Origin: Gammaproteobacteria bacterium CG11_big_fil_rev_8_21_14_0_20_46_22
GTDB taxonomy: Bacteria; Pseudomonadota; Gammaproteobacteria; UBA12402
Assembly: GCA_002796245.1 (NCBI GenBank)
Contig: PCWT01000048.1
Coordinates: 71,858 to 135,857 of the forward strand
DNA: 64,000 bases
Reading direction: 5' to 3'
The notes beneath the pieces were generated by a model. That model worked only from the letters and a program-made list of their open reading frames with translations, had not been told where the DNA came from and ran no database searches. The position numbers were made by a program, and so were the translations under genes. Each line of letters starts with the position of its first letter. Within the stretch, counting starts at the first letter, position 1. Below, piece by piece: positions 52,492-62,778 of the stretch.

Positions 52492-54057
52492 TTGTTGACG
52501 GCTCTACACATTATTTGCGCTAGCGAAAGCTTGGAATCGTACAAAGGAATGCTTACTCCTGCGGGTTTTGATAAAAACCACCTTCGAGCACTATCCAACC
52601 CTTCATTAGTCCTCGCCCGAAGCGAATTTGGCCAGGAGCCGTTATATTATTACTACGATCAAAAAACGCTAATCTACGGTCACACCATCCCTGACATTAT
52701 TCAAAAGCTAGAAACCCATCCTGTTTTAGATCACGATGAAGTGCTTAAGCTTATGGCTCAGCGGCGCACATACACTGACAAAACGATTTACCAACACATA
52801 TACAGCGTTGAGCCGGGCACCATTGTGTATCTCACAGCACAAGGCGAGCTGAAAAAACATCGCTACTGGCAGCTGGACCCCAATGCAGATGATCTTGTGC
52901 TGAAAAGTGATCAAGCGTATTTCAATCGCTTTGACGAGTTGATGCAAGAGTCGCTGCATCACAACACGCAGGGCTGTGAGCACGATATTGCCGGCGAGCT
53001 CAGCGGTGGACTGGATTCATCCAGTATTTTAACGGCGGCTCAGTCGCTGGGCTTGCACTATCCTTTGTTTATGCATGTCGCGCCAGAAAATCCTCGTTTT
53101 GACCAAGTGGATGATAGCCACTTGGCCAAGCAAGTGCTTTCGTATTTTGGTTTGAGCGATGTGTCGTTTGTGGATGCGAAAAACTTTGATTTCTTTGCAG
53201 AGCTTGAGTTCGCAGCCCGGGTGTTTGCAGGGCCGGCATCCTGTATTTTACCGGTAATGGCGCAGAACGTTGGGCGCGCCGTGGCGCAGTCTGGCAAGCG
53301 GATTTTATTATCGGGCGCTGGTGGTGATGAGTGTGTGTCTTCTCACGCGCCGGAGTCAGCTTACCTTGCCGGCCAATTTCGTGAGCGGGGCGCGCGTGCC
53401 GTTTGGCAAGCATTTTTTAAAGAACAGGCCAGCAGCTTATTGTCGTTCACGACGTTAAAAAAAGCCGAACAATTATTCAAGGCGATGCACCCTGCGATCT
53501 TTCATGTGCTGAGTCGATCAGAAAGTACCGCCAAGCTCAGCTACATGCTGTGTCGTCAGGGTTTTAAAGGGTTGCCACCTAAAACAACGTTCTCTAAAAA
53601 GCGTTATTACACAAGCATTCGTGCGTTTGAATGGGATCGGCTTCAAGGTTCAACCAGTTGTTTTTTGCGCGGTCGCATTGAGCACCATGGCATTTTGGCC
53701 AATGCCACAGGCTTTGAATACCGCTACCCTTTACTTTACCCGAAACTTGTGGAGTTTTGTTTTCACTTGCCGGCACGATTTAAGCGCCGAGATGGCGTGG
53801 CGCGCTATATGGTGCGTGAGTACTTAAAGGCCCACGGTCTGCCTGAAGACGTGTATTCAAAGCAGCAAAAAGTGGGCGGCATTGCACCAGGTACCTTGGA
53901 AAATGTCTTTGAGCTTATGCAAGACTCAGGCTTTCTGGCGCGTTTTGAGAATTTGCCCTGGGCGGATAAAGTGGTTAAAACGACATCCCACAACAAACTT
54001 ATCGGCTATATTCCGGCCTATATGCTCCATTATTATCAGACCGTGTTACAGCGTTAG
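52492..54057 (+). CDS. Asparagine-synthetase-B-family PP-loop ATP-pyrophosphatase lacking the N-terminal glutaminase Cys. It resembles lasso-peptide cyclases, beta-lactam synthetase and CarA.
   Basis: ELSGGLDSS PP-loop. No MCG nucleophile. ~520 aa. The listed start is a TTG; an ATG alternative is at 52546. Confidence 0.8.
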   Translation: MLTALHIICASESLESYKGMLTPAGFDKNHLRALSNPSLVLARSEFGQEPLYYYYDQKTLIYGHTIPDIIQKLETHPVLDHDEVLKLMAQRRTYTDKTIYQHIYSVEPGTIVYLTAQGELKKHRYWQLDPNADDLVLKSDQAYFNRFDELMQESLHHNTQGCEHDIAGELSGGLDSSSILTAAQSLGLHYPLFMHVAPENPRFDQVDDSHLAKQVLSYFGLSDVSFVDAKNFDFFAELEFAARVFAGPASCILPVMAQNVGRAVAQSGKRILLSGAGGDECVSSHAPESAYLAGQFRERGARAVWQAFFKEQASSLLSFTTLKKAEQLFKAMHPAIFHVLSRSESTAKLSYMLCRQGFKGLPPKTTFSKKRYYTSIRAFEWDRLQGSTSCFLRGRIEHHGILANATGFEYRYPLLYPKLVEFCFHLPARFKRRDGVARYMVREYLKAHGLPEDVYSKQQKVGGIAPGTLENVFELMQDSGFLARFENLPWADKVVKTTSHNKLIGYIPAYMLHYYQTVLQR

Positions 54058-54147
54058 GGTTTAGACACGTCAGGGTTTAGAAATTGATCAACCTTGTATT
54101 TTTTGATACAATGGCACCAGAAAAATAAGAACGAGCGAGTTTTTTCT

Positions 54148-54720
54148 ATGTTTCAAGAGCCACAAAACGCCCTTCCATTGTGTTCATATTTTATTGAACA
54201 GCTTGAGGCCGATCCCCTTTATAAAGAAGCCTACTCTGACCTTATTGCTCGGCTTCGGTGTTTACAGGTTGATGCTCAAAGTGATAGGCCTCCATTGGGT
54301 TTTCAGCCGCTTCCATCAGTGATTGGTAATATCCTCGAATACCAGGTTGCTGACGAATGCCAGAAAAAAACGGATTTTCCATTGAGGAGGTTGCTTTTAA
54401 CCTACTTTAATAAGCAACAAGGTTTTAACGCTTTTTTGTTGACTTTGTTGAGCCCCTACAGCCTTGTTCGTGTGGTTGCGCGGGGTTATTACCTGTCTCT
54501 GGGTTCTTCAGAACAAGGGTTAAAAGGCTGTGTTGGCAACGTGATTAATGCAGTCGAGGCGATCACAGAGAGTGGCCACGTCAATCAAAATATCCAAACG
54601 GAAGTTTTACCAAGCCTGCGTCGCGTGCTTGGAGAAAATAGTAAGCTTGAGCAGCTTATCCTGGCTAAGTTAGGGCCGCTGGATAATCAGCCGGTCTTCG
54701 CTCCAGTGAGCTTTAGGTGA
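54148..54720 (+). CDS. Hypothetical protein, co-directional with the AsnB-like gene and 36-90 nt downstream of it. The start is uncertain (TTG at 54094 or ATG at 54148).
   Basis: ORF only. No transglutaminase-like Cys/His/Asp spacing was recognised. Confidence 0.45.
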   Translation: MFQEPQNALPLCSYFIEQLEADPLYKEAYSDLIARLRCLQVDAQSDRPPLGFQPLPSVIGNILEYQVADECQKKTDFPLRRLLLTYFNKQQGFNAFLLTLLSPYSLVRVVARGYYLSLGSSEQGLKGCVGNVINAVEAITESGHVNQNIQTEVLPSLRRVLGENSKLEQLILAKLGPLDNQPVFAPVSFR

Positions 54721-54820
54721 TAAGCTTGAAGTGAGGCCAGCTAGGCAAAAATCACCTGTGCCGATGCGATAAACTTCGCGCATTTTTAAACCAGCTGTGC
54801 TATGATGCGTCCGTATATTT

Positions 54821-55224
54821 GGGGGCGTCATTGGTTTCGACGTGATTTACAAGACCCAAAGTGCATGCCGAGTGTGTAAGCTACTCGCTAAACAAGCTGC
54901 AATCGTTATAATTGCAAACGATACTACTTTTGCTGCTGAGGACGCTATCGCTGCCTAACCGGCAGAGGAGAAATCCTCTCTCGTCGTACTAAACCTACGA
55001 CACAGCCCAGCGACCGCGTGAGCCCGCGCGTGTGGAAGCTGGTAATTTAGCGGGATCGCGACGTGGAGTGTCTAGCAACATCGTCGTTAAATGTAACCGC
55101 TAGGCTTGCCTTGTGTGATCCTGTCGGTCGGAGCGCATAAGGTGACACAAAAGACCGCTCTAAGCATGTAGACCTTTGTGTTGCGATTTTGCGGACGCGG
55201 GTTCAACTCCCGCCGCCTCCACCA
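54821..55224 (+). ncRNA. ssrA: tmRNA (SsrA).
   Basis: 5' end GGGGGCGUCAUUGGUUUCGACG. Tag reading frame GCA AAC GAT ... GCT GCC TAA (ANDTTFAAEDAIAA). tRNA-like 3' end GGGUUCAACUCCCGCCGCCUCCACCA. Confidence 0.85.
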
Positions 55225-55301
55225 ACGCAACCGCTTGATTTATTTGGACTTTCTTATCAACTCAAAAGGCCGCGGGAAATTGGCGGGAAACAACTGAAAA
55301 C

Positions 55302-56462
55302 TTACCACTGATTAACAGGCCGATAACCTCCAAAAATATTTTGATCCGGAATCCACCGCGTATAGTACCGTGCTGTTGTCAACATTGTTTCATGCCCCAT
55401 CTGCCCAGAAACCCATGGAAAATACTCGCCACCCGATACCATCATCGACGCAAATGTATGACGTGTTTGATATAAATTACGATATTCAATATTGGTTATC
55501 TTGAATAATGGCAGCCATGCCTGTTTCCGCATTTCGCTCGCATCTTTCCATGGTCGCTTTTTTTGAGGGTTGAAAAATATATAGGATTGCTGCCAGAGCG
55601 TATACTGCTTTTGTGCTTTTAAAGCACTTAAAGCAGGACGTAAAAGCTGTACGGTTCTCCTGCTCCTCTTCGTTTTAGTAGGCCTTACTTTACCTTGAAC
55701 AACAATACGTCTGATGTAAATAAAACCATTTTCTAAATCAACGTCCTCCCAGCGCAAACCAACCAATTCTGCGGTACGCAAGCCAGTATAGAAAGCAAAT
55801 TGAAATAGATTTTTAATTTGCCCTTCTGCAGTCGCTAACAACTTATAAATTTCAGCTTGTGTAAACGGATTAACTTCATAAGTTGATTTAATTCTCGTTA
55901 AAAGTTTAAGATCAATAAGCGTAAAAGGATTAACCGTAAGATAGCCTCGGATCATAGCCTCTGCAACAACGTACCTCAGTGGCGTCAATATATTAAGGAT
56001 AGTTTTTCGCTGACACTTAAATTTATTCAACCAATCCCAAATAATACCTGCGCTGAGTTCAGTTACAGGTAACTTTCCAAAAGCCAGTCTTAAATGTTTA
56101 TTACATGTCCTTTGATAGCGATCATAAGTATTGTCGCTTACACGTTGTTTTATCCTTTCTAAATACAAATCTATTAACTCATTGACAAGCGTTGCCTTTG
56201 GCACATGTCCAAACCTAATTGCATTTTTTGAATAAGGAAAAAAATCAGTATAATTAAAGTCGCCAAAAGCAATCGCTTTTAAAAGCTCTTTTCTCAAGCG
56301 AATGGCTTTTTTGATATTTCTTGTATTAACTGTAAAATTCAGTTTTTCACGGCAGTACTTATATCGATAACGAAATGTTATCCGTAAACTCTTTTTTCCT
56401 GTTTTGGAAATTCTAACGTAAACACCCGTTGCAACTCGAGTTTCAGTTTCTTTCACACCCAT
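55302..56462 (-). CDS. int: Tyrosine recombinase (P4-type integrase).
   Basis: C-terminal catalytic region with R...HxxR...Y (TRHTFAS...ARYYTRW). Confidence 0.9.
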   Translation of the reverse strand: MGVKETETRVATGVYVRISKTGKKSLRITFRYRYKYCREKLNFTVNTRNIKKAIRLRKELLKAIAFGDFNYTDFFPYSKNAIRFGHVPKATLVNELIDLYLERIKQRVSDNTYDRYQRTCNKHLRLAFGKLPVTELSAGIIWDWLNKFKCQRKTILNILTPLRYVVAEAMIRGYLTVNPFTLIDLKLLTRIKSTYEVNPFTQAEIYKLLATAEGQIKNLFQFAFYTGLRTAELVGLRWEDVDLENGFIYIRRIVVQGKVRPTKTKRSRRTVQLLRPALSALKAQKQYTLWQQSYIFFNPQKKRPWKDASEMRKQAWLPLFKITNIEYRNLYQTRHTFASMMVSGGEYFPWVSGQMGHETMLTTARYYTRWIPDQNIFGGYRPVNQW

Positions 56463-56527
56463 GCTTTTATCTCCTATATAAATTAAGCTTTAATAACATA
56501 ACCTAAATTTAATCAAGGAGTACAAAA

Positions 56528-56740
56528 ATGTTAGAAACAGATAAAAAACCAACAAGATTATTGAGGCTCAAAGAAGTAAAACATCGCACAGGGCTGTCAC
56601 GCTCATCTATATACCTTATGATATCAGAAAATCAGTTCCCCCGACAAATTCAATTAAGTGGCAACCGCAGTGTTGCATGGGTTGAGCAAGAGATTGAAGA
56701 GTGGATACAAATGAGAATTAAGCTTAGCAACCACACATAA
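56528..56740 (+). CDS. alpA: AlpA-family transcriptional regulator/excisionase.
   Basis: LLRLKEVKHRTGLSRSSIYLMISENQFP HTH typical of AlpA. Confidence 0.8.
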   Translation: MLETDKKPTRLLRLKEVKHRTGLSRSSIYLMISENQFPRQIQLSGNRSVAWVEQEIEEWIQMRIKLSNHT

Positions 56741-56792
56741 ACCTAATGCTTGTCATAAATGTTGCCTAACTCATTATAAATAAAAGTGGCTA

Positions 56793-58607
56793 TTACTTAT
56801 CTAACAAATGGTTTGGTATTAATATACAAGGGTCGCCCGTTGGTGTAAGGATAGTGCAACGAGCCATTGCCCGCGTCACGCTAACCCTCAGCATGTATTT
56901 GTAATGAACCAAGTCCTGGCTATTTGTATTTCCTCTGACAATGCGATCAGGGTTTCCAATTAATTTTCCTTCCTTTTTCTGTGGCCATCCTTCAAAAATA
57001 ATCACCTCATCAAACTGTTTCCCTTTCGATTTATGCATATTCATGATCACCACACCATATTCAGACCTTGATGATACAGAAAAATGCTCCTTCTGAAAAA
57101 ATCGCCTAAAAGAATCCAAGGCATTAGTATAAGCTCCTCTGTCTCTCCAAGCTTGCGATAAAATATTTCTTAGTTGCACACCTCGTCTCAATAACTTTAA
57201 GTTCTTTACCTCTTCAATGATTTGTTTCAATCTTTTGCAGCCAGACTTTTCTAAAGCAGACGAAATATGTTGCCAATCAACCTTTGGAGTACCTGTTAGT
57301 GATATACCACGTGCTGAGTCATATCCTTCAAGCATTGGCTTAAGTATACTATTTTTTGCAAATTTTTTTTCCTGAATGAATTTGTCGTAAGCTTTTTTTA
57401 TGTTAGTCGATTCGCTAATATCTTTCTTAGTAGGCGAATCACTGCCTTTTCCCTGAAAAAAATTGCACACTAATTCAATGAACAGTGATTGATCGTCATC
57501 TGCTTTTTTAGGCTGAAAAAAGAATGCAAATATCTCAGCCGCTAACAAAGTAGCATTCATGTCTATAGAGGCAGTATGCGGAATAATAGGCAGCTTATTT
57601 TGCTTGCTACCAAAATAATTAGATACATCCCGCATCATTTTTTTTGTGGGTACTAGGACAGCAACTGACCAGTCATGATTAGAGCTTGATTTTAATCTTT
57701 TTACTGATTGTAAGGCTTGACCTTTTAGGGCAGCAAAAGCTTGGTTTTTATTTGGCTCAAAAGTCTTGCAACATACCCCAACATAGTTGTCTCGAAAATT
57801 TTTACCTTTTAATATGTCGTTACCAAATAATAATATATCAGTGCCGTGACTACGATGATTTTCATCTTGCAGATTAAATTCACTTGGGTTAAATTCCTTT
57901 ATAAAATGAGTTAGCCTTTCCGGATCCGCGCCAATAAAATCATAAATCCTCTGCTCTGGGTCAGCCAAAGCGATTAATTCACTATTTTGACCAAGCAGAT
58001 TAACAACATCCCATTGTGCAGCACTGGTATCTTGAAACTCATCAAGAATGATATAAGGATATGTATCCGAAATTAATTTTTTAATCTTTTCGCTGCCAAG
58101 CAAAATATCATGAACATAATTGGCAAATAAATCAAAACACACACGCCCTTCATTTTTGGCTATCTGATGTCTCTTGGCACTTTCTTCCTTATTTTTATTA
58201 TTAATATCTGTCTCAGTTAGCTGGGAAATAGAACCATATTGATGTCTTATTGAAGATAGAGCAACGGCCTCAGCAGGTGGATTCAATACTGATAGTTTTC
58301 TTGGCAATCCCAATAAATAACCATGTGATTTCATAATTTTCCAAAAAAATGAATGATAAGTATCGATTTTGATATTCTTACAATCATGCAAGTTATTTTT
58401 AGCATGTTTTTCTAAGGTTTCGACAATTCGTGCTACACTTTGCCTCGCAAAGCTTAGAAACAATATCTTCCGCCCATCACTAAGTTCATTTGCTATGTTA
58501 ATTGCCTTCAAGATTGAAATAGTTGTTTTGCCTGCTCCTGGTCCGCCAATGATTAATAGGTGCCCTGTTGCTTGCAAAATTTCACGCTGCTTGTTAGACA
58601 GATTCAA
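56793..58607 (-). CDS. gajB: UvrD/Rep-family helicase, GajB-like partner of the OLD-family ATPase.
   Basis: GGPGAGKT Walker A and TYHSFF motif Ia. It overlaps the upstream GajA-like gene by 14 nt. Confidence 0.8.
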   Translation of the reverse strand: MNLSNKQREILQATGHLLIIGGPGAGKTTISILKAINIANELSDGRKILFLSFARQSVARIVETLEKHAKNNLHDCKNIKIDTYHSFFWKIMKSHGYLLGLPRKLSVLNPPAEAVALSSIRHQYGSISQLTETDINNKNKEESAKRHQIAKNEGRVCFDLFANYVHDILLGSEKIKKLISDTYPYIILDEFQDTSAAQWDVVNLLGQNSELIALADPEQRIYDFIGADPERLTHFIKEFNPSEFNLQDENHRSHGTDILLFGNDILKGKNFRDNYVGVCCKTFEPNKNQAFAALKGQALQSVKRLKSSSNHDWSVAVLVPTKKMMRDVSNYFGSKQNKLPIIPHTASIDMNATLLAAEIFAFFFQPKKADDDQSLFIELVCNFFQGKGSDSPTKKDISESTNIKKAYDKFIQEKKFAKNSILKPMLEGYDSARGISLTGTPKVDWQHISSALEKSGCKRLKQIIEEVKNLKLLRRGVQLRNILSQAWRDRGAYTNALDSFRRFFQKEHFSVSSRSEYGVVIMNMHKSKGKQFDEVIIFEGWPQKKEGKLIGNPDRIVRGNTNSQDLVHYKYMLRVSVTRAMARCTILTPTGDPCILIPNHLLDK

Positions 58608-60345
58608 TAGGCACCTCTTTCTGTGCCAGGTCTACATTATTTTCGCCATTACATAGTAATTTAATTTCTTTGCAAGTATTCTTTATCCAGTCAGGTATTT
58701 CATTTTCCGCACATTGCGCTAAAAAACTTGCTATAGCACCGTCCCCCTTGTACTTTATAAAGTAAGCCTTTAGCGCATCGGCTGAGTTTTCTTTTGGATT
58801 TTCATATTTTTGTTTTAAATCTTGCGGCCATTCTAAACTATCGATAAATCTAGTAATTGCATCTTGCGCTGTATTATTCAAAACAAGATCCTCAAAGCCT
58901 TTCTCGTCATGCATAAATAACTGATCAACTGCTTTTTCTATATTTCCTTTATTCTCATCCATTTGTTTATCACATAAACCAAATACTTGCTTATCAAGGT
59001 TTTTGTACACATTAGCTAAAGCTACTAATTGTGAATCAGTTCCAGCATCAATCACGCAAAGGCCTAGCATTTCAAAATTTGCATAATCATTTGAATTTAG
59101 CTCAACTAAACGTCTTGCAACAACTGGCATAGCAGCAGCTTCTGTCGCTCCTTCAACAATTAATACCCGTCTTGACAATAACCCTTCGCAAAACCTCGTA
59201 CGAAATTCTTGTCTATATCTTTTAGGCTTAATGCTATCTGGCAACTCAACTTTTGCCTGATTAAGTACGCCATTGGAATTTCGGGATAAAATAACTGTTT
59301 CATCTAAATTAAATTCTTCTATTACGTAAGGTGAGTGAGAGGTAAAAAATGTTTGGGATGATAGTAGCCGTATTTCATGCACGATACGTTTTTGGGTATA
59401 TGGGGGAATTGCCGTTTCTGGTTCTTCCATAGCAAAAATAACATTTTGTTTCGCCTCAGCAATCATGGAAAGCATAGCAAGCACTAGCATGTTAATTGTT
59501 CCTGTGCCTTGACGATAAAATGGCAGATAATGATCGCCATTGCCAGTGGTAACAAAGGCTGTAATGATTTTTCTTAAATGCTCTCTCGTGAGATTAGAAA
59601 TTTTCAAATGAGGCGAAGCACCCCATTCTTTAGGAACAAATTTTTTAATGCTACTTTCTATATTTTTAAGAATTCCTACAACACCAAGCTCTGATTCAGA
59701 TGCCACGTCACGTGTGCTTAATTCTTCAATCGTTTTTTCCCACATTTGTGGTCGTACTTCTTTTATACGAAGAATAATATCTAATAAGCTACCATGCTCT
59801 AAACTTAATGCGCGAGATCCCGTTCTTATTGAGCGAAGATATAGAAAGCCACATTTTTGCTTGTCTTTTTTCTTAAAAGGTTGAGACGTATCATTATCAA
59901 CCAAGCTTCTCGTAAAGTAAGTAGCACCAGTAAAATCGTCTTCATCAGCATCATAATAACCTTTAAAACAGACGCGTAAGGCTGCCAATGTTGAATCCCT
60001 ATCAACGCTATTTAGTTCAGAAATTAATTCTTTTTTGTCTTTGTTCCACCACTCGATAGTATCAGAAAAATGGCGCTGTTGTTCTTCATTTAAATCGACA
60101 ACAACTGCTTCAATAGATATCTCTACAAGCTGATCATCTGATCTGTACATCCCATTATAAAAATCATGTTCATCGATGATGGGACGTCTATTAAGTCTAT
60201 CTGGGCCTAAAACCAAATCAAGTGCTTCAAAAATAGTTGATTTACCAGTATTATTATCACCAAGCAGTACCGCGTGATCTGGAAAGAATAAATTCGCTGA
60301 ATGTATTCCCCTAAAATTTTTAATCTCAAGCTTTGCCACTTTCAT
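58594..60345 (-). CDS. gajA: OLD-family ATPase–Toprim nuclease, GajA-like (class 2 OLD).
   Basis: N-terminal ABC ATPase (LLGDNNTGKST) and a C-terminal Toprim (VLIVEGATE ... VIDAGTD). Confidence 0.8.
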   Translation of the reverse strand: MKVAKLEIKNFRGIHSANLFFPDHAVLLGDNNTGKSTIFEALDLVLGPDRLNRRPIIDEHDFYNGMYRSDDQLVEISIEAVVVDLNEEQQRHFSDTIEWWNKDKKELISELNSVDRDSTLAALRVCFKGYYDADEDDFTGATYFTRSLVDNDTSQPFKKKDKQKCGFLYLRSIRTGSRALSLEHGSLLDIILRIKEVRPQMWEKTIEELSTRDVASESELGVVGILKNIESSIKKFVPKEWGASPHLKISNLTREHLRKIITAFVTTGNGDHYLPFYRQGTGTINMLVLAMLSMIAEAKQNVIFAMEEPETAIPPYTQKRIVHEIRLLSSQTFFTSHSPYVIEEFNLDETVILSRNSNGVLNQAKVELPDSIKPKRYRQEFRTRFCEGLLSRRVLIVEGATEAAAMPVVARRLVELNSNDYANFEMLGLCVIDAGTDSQLVALANVYKNLDKQVFGLCDKQMDENKGNIEKAVDQLFMHDEKGFEDLVLNNTAQDAITRFIDSLEWPQDLKQKYENPKENSADALKAYFIKYKGDGAIASFLAQCAENEIPDWIKNTCKEIKLLCNGENNVDLAQKEVPIESV

Positions 60346-60848
60346 TTCTATTTCCCTAAATACCGTTGCTCACTTACCTTAATAACAATTTTAAGCTTCG
60401 GCTCTAAAAGTTCTTTTTGCCCGACCAGTTAGGCGTTTGTTTGGAAGGCTTAAAGGAGAGCTTAATATACCATTAAAAAACATATATCATACCAGCATCG
60501 CAATCTTGTCCCAAGTCACACCATAAGCCTAACATAAGGCCATGCTCGATAATATTTTAGCTAGAAAATCACTAGTGAGCCTTGAAATACCCAAAAGCTA
60601 ACTATTTCAAGTCTCAAAACGCCTAAATCTGTGCACCAAGCAGTAACTAGGTATAACAAAAGACAACAAACCATTTCTCTTTAACTTTAATTGATTTTCA
60701 TTTTTTAGTTATTGAAAAGACCGCAGGAAATCAATGAAGGAAGATATTTTTTCCGATGATTCACTGGCAGGCAGTTACAATAAAGGTAAACCTGTTATTA
60801 ACTAGCTACTATAAAAACGGTTTGCGCCAATGCAAATAAACCAAAGAT

Positions 60849-60873
60849 ACTTATAGTCTGTAGACATAAAGTC
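60849..60873 (+). promoter_or_regulatory. C-box operator for the controller protein: ACTTATAGTC-tgta-GACATAAAGTC, the C.PvuII-type GACTnnnAGTC tandem.
   Basis: Read directly. It is 25 nt upstream of the C gene ATG. Confidence 0.55.
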
Positions 60874-60897
60874 ATCTTTTCGATACTAATAAGCAAC

Positions 60898-61149
60898 ATG
60901 AAGCATCAAATTTTACAGAATCATCCTGACAAGTTGCAAAAAATATTTGCTCAAAATGTTCGTATTGAACGAATAAAAATGAATATGACACAAGAAGAGC
61001 TTGCTGATATATGTGGCTATCATCGAACATATATTGGCTCCATAGAAAGAGGAGAGAGAAACGTTACTCTAGCAGCTATTGAGGCACTAGCTAAAGCATT
61101 TAAGGTCAAGCCATATCAGCTATTGGTAAGAGATAATGAACAAAATTAG
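60898..61149 (+). CDS. R-M controller (C) protein, XRE-family HTH.
   Basis: 83-aa HTH protein (MTQEELADICGYHRTYIGSIERGERN) overlapping the downstream REase gene. Confidence 0.8.
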   Translation: MKHQILQNHPDKLQKIFAQNVRIERIKMNMTQEELADICGYHRTYIGSIERGERNVTLAAIEALAKAFKVKPYQLLVRDNEQN

Positions 61150-61876
61150 CAAGCCAGATAACATGTCTCAAGAATTTTACGAGGCTTGTATAGCAGTTGA
61201 AGGCAAACGTGCACGCACCGTCATTAACCACATTCTTCAGAATGGCTTTATAACAACTGAAGAATTAAGTGATATCTATGCCTATGATCATCCGCCAAGA
61301 GCCGCTAGAGATGTAAGAGAAAATGGAATCCCGCTAAAAACCTACAAGGTAGTAAGCAAAAAAACAGGGCGGAAGATTGCAGCCTATAAATTTGATTTTA
61401 GTGAAAAAACTAAAGGCAGAATTGGAGGCAGAAAAGCATTCTCTATACAATTTAAAAAAAAGCTAATTGAGAGATATGGATCATGCTCAGTTCTAACTAA
61501 CGAAAAGATTAACCCTCGATACTTACAAATAGATCATCGTATCCCCTATGAAGTGGCGGGCAACGACGCAAACGAAGATGTTGAGCATTATATGCTACTA
61601 GATGCTTCTGAACAACGCGCAAAAAGTTGGTCTTGTGAATCATGCGAAAACTTCCGCACAAACAAAGATAAAAATATCTGTGAAAATTGTTTTTGGGCAT
61701 ATCCGGAAAACTATTCTCATATTGCAATGAAACCAGAACGTCGTTTAGATATCTTGTGGTCTGGAGATAACTGCAAGCAATACGAACTACTAGTCACAGA
61801 AGCAAAAAAAGAAAACCAATCTCCACAATCACTTATTAAAAAATTACTAAAAGACAGTTTTTCTGACAGTAATTAG
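61136..61876 (+). CDS. Type II restriction endonuclease, HNH family, with Zn-ribbon cysteines.
   Basis: YLQIDHRIPYEVAGN HNH core and CESCENF...CENCFW motifs. It lies between the C gene and a convergent MTase. Confidence 0.7.
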   Translation: MNKISKPDNMSQEFYEACIAVEGKRARTVINHILQNGFITTEELSDIYAYDHPPRAARDVRENGIPLKTYKVVSKKTGRKIAAYKFDFSEKTKGRIGGRKAFSIQFKKKLIERYGSCSVLTNEKINPRYLQIDHRIPYEVAGNDANEDVEHYMLLDASEQRAKSWSCESCENFRTNKDKNICENCFWAYPENYSHIAMKPERRLDILWSGDNCKQYELLVTEAKKENQSPQSLIKKLLKDSFSDSN

Positions 61877-61899
61877 AAAAGCCAGCGATTTTTTCTTTT

Positions 61900-62778
61900 T
61901 TATATTACCCCTCCTTTTTGACACCAACTATCCGCATAATGTAATAACTGGCGCGAAATATAAAGGCTTTCAATTGTCTCTTCAGATCGACCCGAAAGTG
62001 TTGCCTGGGAAGAGCGGCCTGCTGCAATCCAAAGACGCTTCATTTTCAAATATTCAGGGAGCTCATCTGCATACTCCACATTACCCGTTTTACCGTCATA
62101 TGAAAGTATGAAAGGAACGTCCCTATTATTGATAAATTCTAACCCTTCTATCAGCGCATCTCTTCCAAGCTGCATAAAATAACGCTTATCACGACCATAC
62201 GTAGTTCCGTGATATGGAGGATCCATGTAAACTAAATCACCTAGTTTGGCGTCCTTAATACTATCTCGGAAATCGCCACAACGCACAATTACCCTTCCTT
62301 TGAGAAGTTGACTAACTTCATTGATTGATTTTTTCATCCTTTCTGGCCGCGTACCTAAACGTCTCTTATCCGCAGATTGCGTAAAATCACCATTCCTATT
62401 AAAGCGTACTGCATTTTTTACACATCTTGCCACTAGGTAGAGAAGATCCACTGGATCTTTCTCTGCATTAAAGCGCTCACGAATTTTCAGAAAATAATCA
62501 GGGCTCTCTGCATAACCCTTCCATATTTCTTCGTAACGCCTACCAGTTTTCTCTGGATGATTAATAATCTCTTCCCAAAGTTTGGCCAGAGGCTCAAGAG
62601 AGTCAGCTATTACATATTGTTTGGCTAAATTATTAGAGGCCGCATAAATAGTTACTGCCGCAGATCCAGCAAACGGTTCATAGAAAGTATTAACACTTTT
62701 TGGCATAAGAGTGCAAATACGCTTAGCAAGATTTCTCTTGCTTCCTTGATAAGGAATAACATGAGGAACATTTTTCAT
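61900..62778 (-). CDS. N6-adenine DNA methyltransferase, Dam-like (alpha group, D12 class).
   Basis: Motif X PYQGSKR, motif I FYEPFAGSAAV, motif IV DPPY. Confidence 0.9.
   Translation of the reverse strand: MKNVPHVIPYQGSKRNLAKRICTLMPKSVNTFYEPFAGSAAVTIYAASNNLAKQYVIADSLEPLAKLWEEIINHPEKTGRRYEEIWKGYAESPDYFLKIRERFNAEKDPVDLLYLVARCVKNAVRFNRNGDFTQSADKRRLGTRPERMKKSINEVSQLLKGRVIVRCGDFRDSIKDAKLGDLVYMDPPYHGTTYGRDKRYFMQLGRDALIEGLEFINNRDVPFILSYDGKTGNVEYADELPEYLKMKRLWIAAGRSSQATLSGRSEETIESLYISRQLLHYADSWCQKGGVI

Noticed and set aside
54094-54720. Considered the ORF after the AsnB-like gene (listed as 208 aa, the same size as McjB) as a lasso B/B2 leader peptidase.
   Set aside because: No transglutaminase-like Cys…His…Asp spacing and no GHAW/HSW motif. 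The size match to McjB is coincidental until shown otherwise.
60734-60805. 23-aa ORF MKEDIFSDDSLAGSYNKGKPVIN in the gajA/C-gene divergent region.
   Set aside because: Too short, with no supporting signal. It is likely promoter DNA.
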